A DNA stretch of 64,000 bases from Octopus sinensis (Eukaryota). Location of the stretch: NCBI RefSeq assembly GCF_006345805.1, contig NC_043003.1:94860001-94924000 (forward strand), read 5' to 3'. Under the pieces are notes generated by a model that made no database searches, was not told where the DNA came from, and saw only the letters and a program-made list of their open reading frames with translations. Within the stretch, counting starts at the first letter, position 1, and every line of letters starts with the position of its first letter. Positions 37,990 through 51,472 of the stretch are shown piece by piece. Position numbers and translations under genes: made by a program.

Positions 37990-38560
37990 GAGGCAGCTAT
38001 GTAATCATTCACTCTGTAACTATGGTGTTGTAGTAGTAGTATAGTCATTGTGTGCATACTAGTGTTGTAACTACCGAGTAACTCTAATTTAGTTGTGTAG
38101 TCACTGGGTATACACTTGTTTAGTGGTATAGTCACTGTATATAAGGCAGCGAGCTGGCAGAAACGTTAGCACGCTGGGCGAAATGCTTAGCGATATTTCG
38201 TCTGCTGTTACATTGTCAGTTCAAATTCCGCCGAGGTCGACTTTGCCTTTCATCCTTTCGGGGTCGATAAATTAAGTACCAATTACGCACTGGGGTCGAT
38301 GTAATCAACTTAATCTGTTTGTCTGTCCTTGTTTGTCCCCTCTGTGTTTAGCCCCTTGTGAGTAGTAAAGAAATAGGTATAGTCACTGTGTATGCAGTAG
38401 TGCTTTAGTATTGTCATTGTGTACACATTAATTTAGTAATATAGTCATCACATACACACTAGTTCAGTAGTATAGTCATTGTGTACATACTAGTTTTGTA
38501 ACATAGTCTCTGTGTACACACTATATTACTAGTATAGTCACTGCATACATGCTAGTGTAG
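37990..38560. repeat. Degenerate ~30-bp minisatellite (gtatagtca.tgtgta..cactagt) interrupted by a SINE B
   Basis: The motif tatagtca recurs about ten times on both sides of 38143-38378. Confidence 0.7.
38143..38378 (+). mobile_element. SINE family B
   Basis: Full-length near-consensus copy. Confidence 0.9.
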
Positions 38561-38574
38561 CAGTTTGGTTTCTG

Positions 38575-38798
38575 TATTTCATTACTGTATTTATTTTGAG
38601 ATGCTCTGTGTTTCTTTCAATTATTTTAAATATAACAAAGAATTTAATAAAATAACTTAATTATCATTTAGCCAGGGTTAGGAACATAAATTGTGACTAA
38701 GGTTTGGTGGAAGATTTTAATGCAAAACTTATGAAAACAAAGCATTTGTACTACAGAGCCAGAGCCACTTTTAGCTGGGTTGGTAACGAAAGGGTTAA
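38575..38798. mobile_element. piggyBac-like MITE (family 2)
   Basis: Highly similar to 54552-54779 and ends gaaagggTTAA. Confidence 0.8.
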
Positions 38799-39359
38799 TA
38801 GTTAGGTTATTGTGGTGAAAAATAATTTGAAATCTGCTGATACACAACCAGTGAAAGTACTCTAGTCAACATGTGTAACTAACTGTGTGTAATATTTTCA
38901 CATTTACATTAAATGTAAGTTTGTGTGTTTAATCATGTGTTTAGTCAATCTTTTGATTCCACTTATTTTTGGTTGCCAATAAATGCTTCAATGTTGTCAT
39001 GACAACAGATCTTCAGAACTGATCAAGATGCGATGAGGAGATATCACTTATAATTTGTACAAACTCAGCTACTGTCTCTCTCATCGTTTTCTTTGCTTAA
39101 GTATCTTTCTTCACCTGACCCTGTCTCTCTTTTCCCTCCCTCCTCTCCCTCCCCCCCCCATCCTTTCTGCCATTTCTGTTTTTCTTTATTGCTCTCTTTC
39201 TGTAGCTGTTGAAATCCATATTTCTCCTCCCTTACTTTGCTTAACTCTTTCAATTTTTTCTCCATCTAACTTTATCTTTCTCTACTCAAACTAAAACAGG
39301 TTGGATAAATTTATAAATGATCTAAAAGTATTTACACTATTTGAGTTTGGAGACATTGG

Positions 39360-40192
39360 TTAACCCTTTCGTTACCATATTTCTGTTGAAGTACACTGCC
39401 TTTGTTTCAAATAATTTTGAAAATAATGAAGAATTCAGCAGCTTGTTTACCAACCACATGGTTCCGGGTTCAGTCCCACTGCATGGCACCTTGGGCAAGT
39501 GTCTTCTACTATAGCCTCGGGCCGACCAAAGCCTTGTGAGTGGATTTGGTAGACGGAAACTGAAAGAAGCCTGTCGTATATATGTACATATATGTGTATG
39601 TGTGTGTATGTTTGTGTGTCTGTGTTTGTCCCCCTAGCATTGCTTGACAGCCGATGCTGGTGTGTTTATGTCCCCGTCACTTAGCGGTTCGGCAAAAGAG
39701 ACCGATAGAATAAGTACTGGGCTTACAAAGAATAAGTCCTGGGGTCGAGTTGCTCGATTAAAGGCAGTGCACCAGCATGACCACAGTCAAAATGACTGAA
39801 ACAAGTAAAAAGAGAGAAAAAGAGAAAGAGGTAACTTCGTCATTATTAGCCTGGTCTTTGCGACAAATTTACATACAATTGTGACAGGTTTTAATGTAGA
39901 TCACTTTAAACTCTTTAACATATAGATTTCTTTATCAATTAAGTTTATTTAATCAGATAATTTGAAATTAATCATGTATTATCTTGAAGCTTTGAGATTT
40001 CATTCATGTGATTACATATTTTTTGAATGGCATTGTAAGGTAGGTGTAACAGGCAAGTTCTAACCAGTTTGAACATAAGACATAAAATATTTGGGCTGGA
40101 CATGGCCAGTTTTAATGCTAAAGAGTAAAAGTAAGAGGTTTATATCACAGATCCAAGGCTGGTCTCAAGCAAGTTGGTAACAAAAAGGTTAA
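39360..40192. mobile_element. piggyBac-like MITE sequence with a 5'-truncated SINE A (39439-39830) inserted
   Basis: TTAACCCTTTCGTTACC left end, the MITE body resumes after the SINE tail, and it ends aaaaaggTTAA. Confidence 0.75.
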
Positions 40193-42394
40193 TTGTTGAC
40201 TATATCTTGATTAATTTGCTATCAGCATATTGAGTTATTAATTAACTTGTTAATTATTAGTTCCAAAGGAGCTTTCTTTTTCTATTCAAATGACAGACTG
40301 TATGAAACATGGGTGGTAAGTATAGAAGACTTATGGAGAAATGAGATGATTGTTGTCTATTGAATGTATAATATTGATTCAGGATTAAAACAGATTGCAG
40401 GTAATTTTGAAAATTGACTGCTAAAAGTTTATTAACAAATGTGTTTACTGAAGTCTGCTGTGGCAATCATTAACAATATATCCTTGATATACTTGGTGAA
40501 ACAAAACAACATCAAGCCAGCGTGAGATCTATATGGTTGCTCAATACACCAGAAATAGCTGTGAGATTTCTCTCATATATCATCATCATTATCATCATCC
40601 TTTAATGCCCATTTTCCATGCTAGCATGGGTTCGACAGTTTGACTAAAGCTGGAGAGCTGCACCAGGTTCCAGTCTGATTTGGATTGGTTTCTAAGGTTG
40701 GATGCCCTTCCTAATGCCACTCACTTTATAGTGAGTGCTGGGTGCTTTTAACATTGCACTATCATGAGTGCTTTTATGTGGCACCAGCACAGGACTGTGC
40801 AGGCCAATCCTCTTCAAGGGGGTAGTGGTCTTAACACTCCTGCTGCAGAGAGTGGGCACCAGTTATATTGATCCTTTGTCATCTCCTCTGTAATTTTCAA
40901 TGTCCTGAGGTTGACCTTCAGTACTTCGTCCCATGTCTTCCTGAGTTTTACTCTTCCACAAGTTCTGTATACATTTAAATGTCACAATATATGGATTCAA
41001 GTAATCTGGTAGTACTCATAAAAATAGCTCTTTAAGGTATCATTCCATATTATTTTGAAGGATTTTTTGCATTTTCCATTAATGCAGATATGGAAATAAT
41101 TTATTTATTATTAGATATAATAATATAAATTGTTTACACGTTTTTAAGTTACGAAACAATTTGTCATGATATTAGAATTTACTTATTGTTAAATAGAATT
41201 ACATCAAACTATTCCTCTGTCATTTATGAGCTTTATATATATATAAAACCTAATATTTGGCTAATTGTTCCAAGAAAGCATCTGTTCCTGACAATTTTCA
41301 TCTTCTACTGTTACATCTTGGTGTCTTTTAATGCTATATAAGAGAGGCTTTCTCAAGACAAACACCACTGTTTAGTGGGCTTTCAGTGATATATCTACTG
41401 TAAGTATTGATGTGTATATTTGTTTTTTTATATGTCCATTTTGCCGTTGTAGTATGGGTTAAACAAATATATTATTGAGGCATTGTTGTGTAACCAGATG
41501 CCATTCTTGTTACCAACCCTTACATGTTTTTCAAGTAAGTGATTCCAGGTGACAGCACTGCTCATAGATTATAGATTGTACAAATGTAAACAAACACACA
41601 TACGATGTGTTTCTTTGTGTGGAGGTGAGTGTGTATGTATATATGTATGTATCTTTGCACCTATATATTGTAGAAGCATAGATAGGTTTCATCTGAAAAC
41701 AGCACAGACCTGTGGGCATGAGTAGCATCCTCTGTCTTTTTTAAAGTGTACAGAAACCAGTTTAAAAATAGCTGCTATTTTTTGTGTCATTTTCCTGTTG
41801 GTATGAAAAATGTCTAAAGCTGGACTTGAGTTTTATCAGCATCTGTTTTGCTTCACGAATTCCCACTAGTTTTGTCCTGGCCGTTTATTCTTGCTGTATG
41901 GTTATTGTTATCTTAATTTTCTGCAAGTACTTCACTTGCTCACAGAGAATTTTTCTATGATTGAGTTAAGAGGAATTGTATTTGCTAAAGTTGTCAGTCT
42001 AACTGATGATCAGTCTATTCACTTTACAGCTTGCACTTCACACTAAGATTTTTATCTTACTCTTATACATTTTGCACAATTTTCCAATGGACACCTAATC
42101 TTGCTTTCTATCTTTCTTTCTATTTGTCTTTATTTTCTCCTTTTTCTTTTCTTTTCTTTTTTTTATATTTGGAACAAAAGTAATGTTATCTCAAAGAAAA
42201 ATGTTGCATTTGCTCTATGCAGTTATTCTCTTTTTTTCTTCCTTCCTTTCTGTCTCTGTTCTGTCCATAAAGAATTTACTAACTAGTATCTAACATGAAT
42301 TTTAGAAATATTTTTGTAAAGTTTTGCAAATGCAGTGAACCATTATGACTTATTTGTAAAATGAATAATATTTGCATTATTAGTATTTCTAGTA

Positions 42395-42770
42395 AGGTAG
42401 CGAGCTGGCAGAATTGTTAGCATACCAAGCAGAATGTTAAATTACACTTCATCCATCTTTACGTCCTGAGTTCAAATTCTGCTGGGGTCAACTTTGCCTT
42501 TCATTCTTCTGGGGTCAATAAAATAAGTACCAGTTGGACACTGGAGTTGATGTAAACGACTTATCCCCCACCTCCCAAAAAATGGTGGTCTTGTACCAAA
42601 ATTTGAAACCACCAATGTTTCTTGTAAGGTAAAGGTGGCAAGCTAGCAGAATCATTAGCATGCCAGGCAAAATGCTTTGCGGCATTTCATCTGTCTTTAC
42701 GTTTTGAGTTCAAATTCCACCAGGGTCAATTTCACTTTTCATCCCTTCAGAATCGATAAAATAAGAATAT
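42395..42770 (+). mobile_element. Two tandem SINE family B copies
   Basis: aaggtagcgagctggcag at ~42395 and aaggtggcaagctagcag at ~42632. Confidence 0.85.
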
Positions 42771-43909
42771 TTATTGACAGCAAGCGACAGTATACATAGA
42801 TGATATTAGGCCCCTTGATCTACAAGGGTGGAAAAGTGAATGTTAAAATGATGATGATACCCTTATCTATTTTTCAAGTGAGGAATCTCTTATATCACAT
42901 ATCTTTGCAATCACATTCATGCCTTCTAGTTTTGTTGTTGCTTGTTCCTTCTTCAGCCATGCCTGGCTCATAAGGTCCGGTTTCCCAGTTTCATTGGCGT
43001 GTAGGTTCCCCACCTGGATGGGACACCAGTCCGTCACAGGTGAGCTGCTAGATGCAGGAGGAAAGAGTGAGAGAAAGTTGTGGCGAAAAAGTTAGCAGAA
43101 GTTTGCCATTACCTTCTACCGGAGCCACGTGGAGCTTAGATGTTTCGCTCATAAACACACACATTGCCTGGTCTGAGATTCAAACCCGTGTTCCCTTGAC
43201 TGCAAGTCCACTGCTCTAACAACAAGGCCATGTGCCTCCATGCCTTCTAGCTTCACTACACTTAATTGAATAATACTATAAGTGTTAATCCATCTCACCA
43301 CTTACCCCCATTAGTTCTGTTTTGCCACATATAATGACATATGACCGCAATCTGTTGCCTCTCAATCTCACTGTCTTTCCCTCTCTGCCTCTTTTTTTCT
43401 CTCTTGAAATAATGTTGTATATCTACTGAATATTACTCGCCTCATTTCTCTCCAACAGTATCAGAATTTTCGCATTCAGTGTCCAGCATATAATTAGCCA
43501 TTATCTGAACTGTAGCCAGCTGAGAGTTTATTTGCGGTTGTTACCTAACAGGGTTGTTTATAGATTTGTTTGACAGAAAGATTCCTCTGAAGTTTATATA
43601 TATTAACAGCTGATTATGATGTTTTGAAATGAATTTGGAGAAAGTTTTGAAGTTACATATCAAGTCCATAAAGGAATAGACTCTTGTGCTCTTCTTTATG
43701 GGTCAACAAAATGTCTTTCCAAGTCAGTATCAACCAGTAGAATGAATTCTTTACAAATAACTACCTCTTTATCTTTTTCTTTGAGGTGGTGGAAGGGAGG
43801 AAAGAAAAAAAGAGAGAATAAAATAAATTTCTTTGATTCTATGTTTTCAGAGAATTGAATCAAAGAATCTATGAGCCAGACACACTTAAAATGTTAAGAC
43901 ATTGTTAGA

Positions 43910-45290
43910 TCAAATGAAACCTATATCTGGCATTCTGTCAGTTACGAAACCAAGGGTTCCAATTGATCCATTGAACAGAACAACTTGTTGTGAAATTAAT
44001 GTGCAAGTGACCAAGCACTCCACAGACATGTGTATCCTTAGTGTACAGGGTGGTCTGAAAGTCTTGTTACCCCCTAACAAAAAGTAATAAGAACAATAGG
44101 AAAACAAATAATGCATTAATCCAAAGCATGAACTGGATTTAGTTTATTCACTTTCATTGACACTGTCACATTGAGAAGGTCTGTAGGAACACCATCGTTT
44201 TTGTGGCACAAAATGAAGTGGTACCACATCAGAAGATTCTGTGACAATTTTGTGGTGAGATATAGATGGTAAATTTCTAATTACTTCTGTTATACCAAGT
44301 TCATTTTCAATGTCATCAACAGACACATAAATGTTGTCATCAGAATCCCAATTTCTTTTAGTAGGAAATGTTGAAGATTTAGCAATAACCTCTGCATGTC
44401 TAGATTGCATCACATTGTCAGAATTATCAGTACTGAGAATATCAGCATCTTTGAGAGGATCTGACAGTATCTTTCCAAGATTCTAAGAAAGTTTGTGCAG
44501 GTTCTTCCACTTTTGTTCTTACCTGAACTAAGGTGGGATCTTTCTCTTTCTAGTCATTATCCTCTTCAAGAGCTGAATATTCCAAGTTGTAATCTGATGG
44601 TTCAATTCTTACTGATGTTTTACAAAGCTGTGCTTTAGTGATCATTGCAAAGGCTCTCCAAAAGTGTCCTTCAACCGATGGGTATTCTGGTATTGTTCAT
44701 GTGAAACTCTCTCCATGATGATACCCAACAGAGCATTATTGCAAGATGTGAGGTCTAGACAGGTGCTGGAAGTTGCTGCGATTCTCACCCTATCCATCTA
44801 TCCTGATAAACTTGATTTAGGTATTCCCGGACAGTGGTAGCATAGTGGGGTGGGCACCATCTTGTTGAAGCCGACAGTCATTCAGTCAGCATTCAATCTC
44901 TGGAACTCTGAAACAAACCACTCCCTTAACATGGCCAAGTAAGATTGCTGGGTAACAGTACCCTTGAAGAAATAGTGTCCTATCAGGTGCTTGCTCAATA
45001 TGGCAGGCCAAATCATTACATGTGGGGTGTTGTGCTAAAACAAAAAATATTAATAATAATGACAATAATAAACAATATGTAGTGGGTAACAAGACTTTCA
45101 GACCACCCTGTAGTTCTCAGGGAGATTCGACACGACAATGTGAGAAGGCTGGTCCTTTGAATCATGGATATAACTCATTTTTGCCAGCTGAATGAACTGG
45201 AGCAATGTGAAGTAAAGTGTCTTGCTCAAGAACACAATGCACTGATGGGTATCCAACTCACGACTTTATGATCATAAGCTATGCACTGAC
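43910..45290 (-). mobile_element. SINE family D split by a mariner insertion
   Basis: ...acatgtgtatccttagtgTA | TAgttctcagggagattc... rejoins into the D sequence seen inverted at ~37690-37750. Confidence 0.8.
44046..45110 (-). mobile_element. Internally deleted Tc1/mariner (rosa/DD41D-like) element, 1065 bp
   Basis: Perfect 27-bp TIRs CAGGGTGGTCTGAAAGTCTTGTTACCC (44046-44072; 45084-45110) and a TA TSD. The minus strand encodes decayed HVMIWPAILSKHLIGHYFFKGTVTQQSYLAMLREWF / QDGA / HYATTVREYLNQVYQDRWIG / DLTSCNNALLGII / RAFAMIT. Confidence 0.92.
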
Positions 45291-48200
45291 TTTAATCTGT
45301 GACTTGGTGTATAATATTAGGTTCTGATTATAAACATTTGCTACAAAGACCAACTACAGTATTAGTTTAGAGATGTGGAACAAAGCTATTGAAAAAACTG
45401 TTCTTACGATACATGAGTAATTGTCATTACAAAAATGAAGGAATTATCCATGGTATTTTTCTGGTGATGATCACTGATAAGTTGGATGAACTCTGGTACA
45501 GCGCAGACATCATCTTTCTATTCCCCCACCCCCGTTAGTGGATCTCTGTCATTCAATGAAAAAGATTCAGTTGTTTGATCAACTGAATGATTTGTCCCCA
45601 AATTAGTGTGTAAGTGGCTGAGTATTCCACTGACATGTGTGCCATTAACAAAATACTCAGGTAGAATCAATGTAACACAAGCTGTACCTTATGGATTAAT
45701 GGATACAATTCACCCAACAGGTTCTGTACAGTTTCCATCTACCCAATTCAACTCAGAAGATATTGGTTGATCCAAGGCTGTACAAAATAATATTTGCCCA
45801 AGATGCCACACAATGGGATTGAATCCAAGACCTCATGTTTGTGAAGTGAACTTCTTAACCATTCATTCATACTATACCTCTACCAGATATCATACATATC
45901 TCATAACTGAAAATAAACTATATGCAACAGTAAAAATTGAAGTACTGAGCTTCTTTTGCGGCAACCACTGCAATAACAAAAACAATAGACTTGTGGTGGA
46001 ATTTGGGTTTTAGCTGATTACTAGAGCAACTTCCTAATATCTTTTCTAATACCATATAAAAAAAGACTTGAATGCAGCACATAGCAGCTAATGATCAACT
46101 GGTTTATTCTTCTTTGGCATGCTACACCATTAGCAAAAACTTAAGTTACTTAGACATTATATAGTGATGGCAGAATACAAACTGTTGAGACATAACTTCA
46201 TAATTGCATTTCTATTGTGTAAGTCCACTGCATCTCTGGAAATTACTTTAACAAGCATTAATGGTACTATAGTAGAATGGTACTGTAGTAGAACTCACAA
46301 GAAATGCTATAAAATATTTGGAAGTGATTGGTATGTTGGAATACATAATCAGAAGATTGCTCTTGAAACTGTCGAATCTATATAACTGAATTGGATAGAG
46401 AGCAGTATGAGTGTCAATTTAGAATACCTAGAAAGTTTATTGGCTGAAAGGAAATGAAGAATATGACAGCATTATTCTACATGACAGCTTGATAAAAATA
46501 ATAAATGCTGATGATTTTGTTAATTCTTACCATGTTAAGGCAGTGTGTGTAATGCATATCTTTAAACTGATCATTTGGTGAAACTTAAAAGGAAACTATT
46601 TGCAAGTAGATTGTGTTTAGTGCTACTACTAATAGCAAAGGCTAATATCAAATGTGTATAGAAAAAAAAAAGGATATTCGTTAGCATGATAATTTTATCA
46701 TCGTTATTGGTTCTGGGTTCAGTCTCACTGTATGTCGTCTCAAACAAGTGTTTTTTAGCTCCATGTCAACCAAAGCCTTTTAAGTAGACAGAAACTGTCT
46801 ACCAAGCCCTTGGTAGACAGAAACTGAAAGAAGCAAAGCATATGCATGTCTGAGTGTGTGAATGTTTGTATCTCCATGTTTTTATATTGCTTAACCCTTT
46901 AGCATTTAAACCAGCCATATTTGGCTAAAAAACTAAAGTCATGGCATGGGATTCTCAAAACCACAAAATAATGCATAATTAATTCAAACCATTATGAATA
47001 AATAAGCATTACATTTGACAAAGTAATCTGAATGCTTAAGGGTTAATGTTGCCATTCATTTCCAGTATTCTGTGAAAATGTGCCTGACCATGGGATGGTG
47101 GCGGTGGTGTGGGAATATTACCTTGCTTGGAAATTAATGAAGGTTTGGAACAGGAAGGCCATCCAGCCTTAGAAAACCTGCCTTGATAAGTCTGTCCAAC
47201 TCATGCAAGCATGGGAAAGAGGACATTAAAATAATGATGACTGTCAACCATATAAGATTGATTCTTTCTCCTTCTAGCTACTCTCATTACTGTAGTATCC
47301 TCACATAAAAAGCAGAAGAACTTACATGGACCTTTATGTGTTCTATCACATTATTTCACTCGAAGCAGCTTACATGACGGTAAACGCTGCTTATATTTCC
47401 TCCAACTCCTCACAGTAAAACCCATTTTCTTAACTTCAGTCTTGAAAATGCGGCTGACAGTGTTAAGTTCTCTTTTCTAAGCACGAGAATGTGATATAAA
47501 CAATTGTAATTGAATATCACTATTACTTAAGAACTCTGCCCAGTTGAATAATAGGACAGTAAACTAGATATTGTATAGCATTTCAGTTGGTTTTCTAAAC
47601 TATTTCTTAGATGGAAGTGCGTGTATCTACACATGTAGAAACTGTAGAAACTATTGCAGGAAAGTTCATTTGAAGATTATATGCATCTCTATTGTTATTT
47701 TTCAATTATCTTTTGCTTTCAGAGAGTTGCTTATTTGTAAAAAAAATATAACATGTGACTTCATTGACCGAGGTTACCGTGGCCTTTTCCGTAGGCTTTT
47801 CTTTCCATGGGTAAACCTTACCTGTCTTCCCCTTTACACTTTACATTGACATTTCTATGATAACGATCCCTATTGATCAATTTTTTCTTTTTCCTTTTTT
47901 TCTTTTTCTTTTTTCTTTTTTTTTCTTTTTTTCTTGCTTTTCTCTTTCTTTCCATTTACAATCCCTTTTGATCGAAAACCAACCCACCTTTCTTTATCTC
48001 CAAAAAGAAAAGCTCTACCTTGTAATTTGTCCTGTCTGTGTGCAGCCCTGTGTGGCTAATAAAGAAACATATTAATGAATAACATAAAAGAATTGTTGGT
48101 TAAGGTCTCAAATTTGTGTGGTTAAGAAATTTTCTACACAATCACATATCGGGTTCATTCCTATCAAGTGGGACTTTTGACAAGTGTCTTCTACTATAGC

Positions 48201-48963
48201 CCTAGGCTGACCAAAGCCTTGTGACTGGATTTGGTTGAAGGAAAATGAAAGAAGCGCATTATGTTAAAATATACATGTGTGTGTTGCCAATGTTGGTTTT
48301 ATCTTTTACTTGTTTCAGTCCTTAGACTGTGGCCATGCTGGGGCACTGCCTTGAAGAACTTTTGGTTGAATGAATCAACCCCAGTACTTATTTATTCTTG
48401 TTTTAAGCCTGGTTTACATCCCTGTGACTTAACAGTCCAGTAAAAGTGACTAACAGAATAAGTACTGGGCTTAGAAAGAAGAAAAGTACTGGGGGTCTGT
48501 TTATTTGACTGAACCATTCAAGACAGTTATTATTAGTGGAAACCATTACTTTTATTATTATTATTATTGTTGTTGTTGTTGTTGTTTAAGATGATGTAGT
48601 TGGTTATGAGACACCAGTTGACTGCTGAGAGCAATAATATAAATCTTAAGCAATGACAGTTTTTTTTTTCTTTTTAACATCTGTTAATTCCTTCCAGGTC
48701 TCACTGTGGCTACTTTGCCAGCATTTCATAAAAATACTAACATAAGTAGTAGGTGGAGATGATTGTAGCAGTGAATATACATTCATCTTAAATTCTGAAG
48801 CCACAGGGTGTTTAAAAAGAAAGGAAAATGGAAAAGTATTAAAATTAAACTAAGCAGCTCAGTTATAAACAAAACAGTTACATTTTGAGAAGCATAAAAG
48901 AAAAAAAAATGTGAAATATAATGTTCTTATGAATGGTACGGAGCATATGTCAAGGAAGTGAAC

Positions 48964-49341
48964 AGGCGCAGGTGTGGATGTGTGGTAAGTAGCTTGTTTA
49001 CCAATCACATGGTTCCACTGCTTGGCACCTTGGGCAAGTGTCTTCTACTATAGCCTCGGGCCGACCAAAGCCTTGTGAGTGGATTTGGTAGACGGAAACT
49101 GAGAGAAGCCCGTCGTATATATGTATATATATGTGTGCGTGTATGTTTGTGTTTGTCCCCCTAGCATTGTTTGACAACCGATGCTGGTGTGTTTATGTCC
49201 CCGTCACTTAGCGGTTTGGCAAAAAAAAACCGATAGAATAAGTACTGGGCTTACAAAAGAATAAGTCCCGGGGTCGAGTTGCTCGACTAAAGGCGGTGCT
49301 CCAGCATGGCCGCAGTCAAATGACTGAAACAAGTAAAAGAG
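48964..49341 (+). mobile_element. SINE family A
   Basis: Near-consensus full copy. Confidence 0.9.
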
Positions 49342-49663
49342 TGAATATCTTTAAGAAAAAGATGCAGGTGTACTTTTGGCGAATTTTGGGAAGCTTGGAA
49401 GTTTTGAAGGATGTAGTGTTCTAACAGCTAACAACTGATATGGGTAGTTTATCCCATGCTTCAGCAATTCTGAGCATGATAAAGAATGTCTGCTGTATTG
49501 TTTTTCGTTTTTGTGCGTCCATTGGTGTTAGATATATGGAATTCAAAAAGGTGCCCAAGGTTGTTGGAAAGCTGGTGGATAATCTTGTGGGTGTCTACAG
49601 AGTCAGTTGCTAGACAGCAGAGATTTAATGTATCCACACAATACGTTTTTTGCTTTAATGTGT

Positions 49664-49970
49664 TCATCATCATTTAGCGTCCGCTTTCCATTCTAGCATG
49701 GGTTGGACGGTTCAACAGGGGTCTGGGAAGCCAGAAGGCTGCACCAGGCCCAGTCTGATCTGGCAATGTTTCTACAGCTGGATGTCCTTCCTAATGCCAA
49801 CCACTCCGTGAGTGTAGTGAGTGCTTTTTACATGCCACTGGCACAGGTGCCAGACAGGGCTGGCAAACGGCCACGGTCGGATGGTGCTTTTTACGTGCCA
49901 CCGGCACGGAGGCCAGGCGAGGCTGGTAACGGCCACGATCGGATGGTGCTTTTTATGTGCCACCGGCACA
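49664..49970 (-). mobile_element. RTE-type 3' end with tandem units
   Basis: Reverse complement of 12060-12445. Confidence 0.85.
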
Positions 49971-50249
49971 GAATATGGTAGATGCCTGACATGGTTGCAC
50001 ATTTCTGAACAGTTTCCAAGAGATTGATATGCAGAGCAAGATAAGGGTTCCAGCCTGCTCATAGTCATATACAGTTTTAAATAAATAGCTGGAGTGTGGC
50101 TGACAAAGGTCTTAAATTTAGATTTAAATGATAACAAATGCTCTAGCAACTATAACAACAGATTAAACTTTTGCTAGTGTTTCAAGTCAAAAAGAGTACC
50201 AGACAAAACTCAACACTAATTAAAAGAAAAAGTATAGAAGTGTTACAAA

Positions 50250-50980
50250 TGTAAGTACCTCTTTACCTGTGGAATCCATCCAAGATAGGACAAGAAGGAA
50301 AATTACATACTTTTGTTCAAAAAATATTTAAAAATTGGGTGGGAAAGTTTCATATAGCCTCAAAAGTAGAAGTAAGAGAATTGACCATTGTGTGTAAGAA
50401 TGTATTATTCATCAGAGAGTACAAGAAAGCAGCACACACTTCATGAGAGATCCTGTATTTCAAAGTTTCTCCAAAATGAAATCTGTGGCATAATGGAACT
50501 GCTAAAGAAGCTCAGAGATGGCTAGAAAAGTACTAAGCTGGTTAAAGACAAGGTAAGGGATGACTATATCCAATCTCAAAATGGTAGATGGTTTATGAAA
50601 ACCATCTCAATAGTCTATCAAAAGCTAAGGAAAACCTACTTGGAGAATGTGATAAACTTTGCAGTTCAATTAAAATAAGAGACACTCACAAACTATTTCA
50701 TTGGACCTGGTTTGCAGTTAGTTAATCAGAGTAGAAGTTGGTCAAAGTCATGGGGTGTCTTGATCTCAGTAGTGGCTTCATACTTTTTATGGGTGAGTTG
50801 TTCTTATTTAGTGCAACAGATTTTAAGCTGTTTCATTGTATTGTCTTATGTTTTTGCATTGCCTCATGTGTATATATAGATGTGTGTGTATATACATCTC
50901 CATATGTTTTATAATCCCTTTACTATGACACATTTTGTGTTGTCTGTATATATAGCCTTGTGGTCTATAAAGAAAGGTTT
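50250..50980 (+). mobile_element. Heavily decayed LINE-like 3' region
   Basis: Purine-rich coding-like strand followed by a T-rich UTR-like stretch ending gccttgtggtctataaagaaa. Clade not assignable. Confidence 0.3.
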
Positions 50981-51162
50981 GTAGTAGTTGTCATCATCGT
51001 GGTTGTCGTCTCGTAGTAGTAGTAGTAGTTTCCTGTTTATTTTCTTTTTTTTAGGGAAGTTCAAATCTTTGGAACGACATTGTTCAGTTTCAACTAAATG
51101 ATGTCAGACAAAGGAATTTCTTCAGTTCTTAAAAGTTTTTACTTTTTTTTTTAATCTGTCTC

Positions 51163-51472
51163 TTTTACTCTTTTATTTGTTTCAGTCATTTGACTGCGGC
51201 CATGCTGGAGCACTGCCTTTAGTCGAGCACACCAGCATCGGTTGTCAAGCGATGTTTGGTGGACACACAAATACACACACACACACACACAGATATATAT
51301 ACATATATATGAGGGGCTTCTTTCAGTTTTCGTCTACCAAATCCACTCACAAGGCTTTGGTTGACGCGAGGCTATAGTAGAAGACACTTGTCTAAGTTGC
51401 CTTGCAGTGGGACTGAACCTGGAACCATGTGCTTGGTAAGCAAGCTCCTTACCACACAGCCATTCCTGCACC
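51163..51472 (-). mobile_element. SINE family A with internal deletion
   Basis: Consensus match lacking the middle of the tail. Confidence 0.85.

Noticed and set aside
40485-40498. TGATATACTTGGTG, resembling the 3' half of miR-190
   Set aside because: The seed (GAUAUGU) is absent and there is no convincing precursor hairpin.
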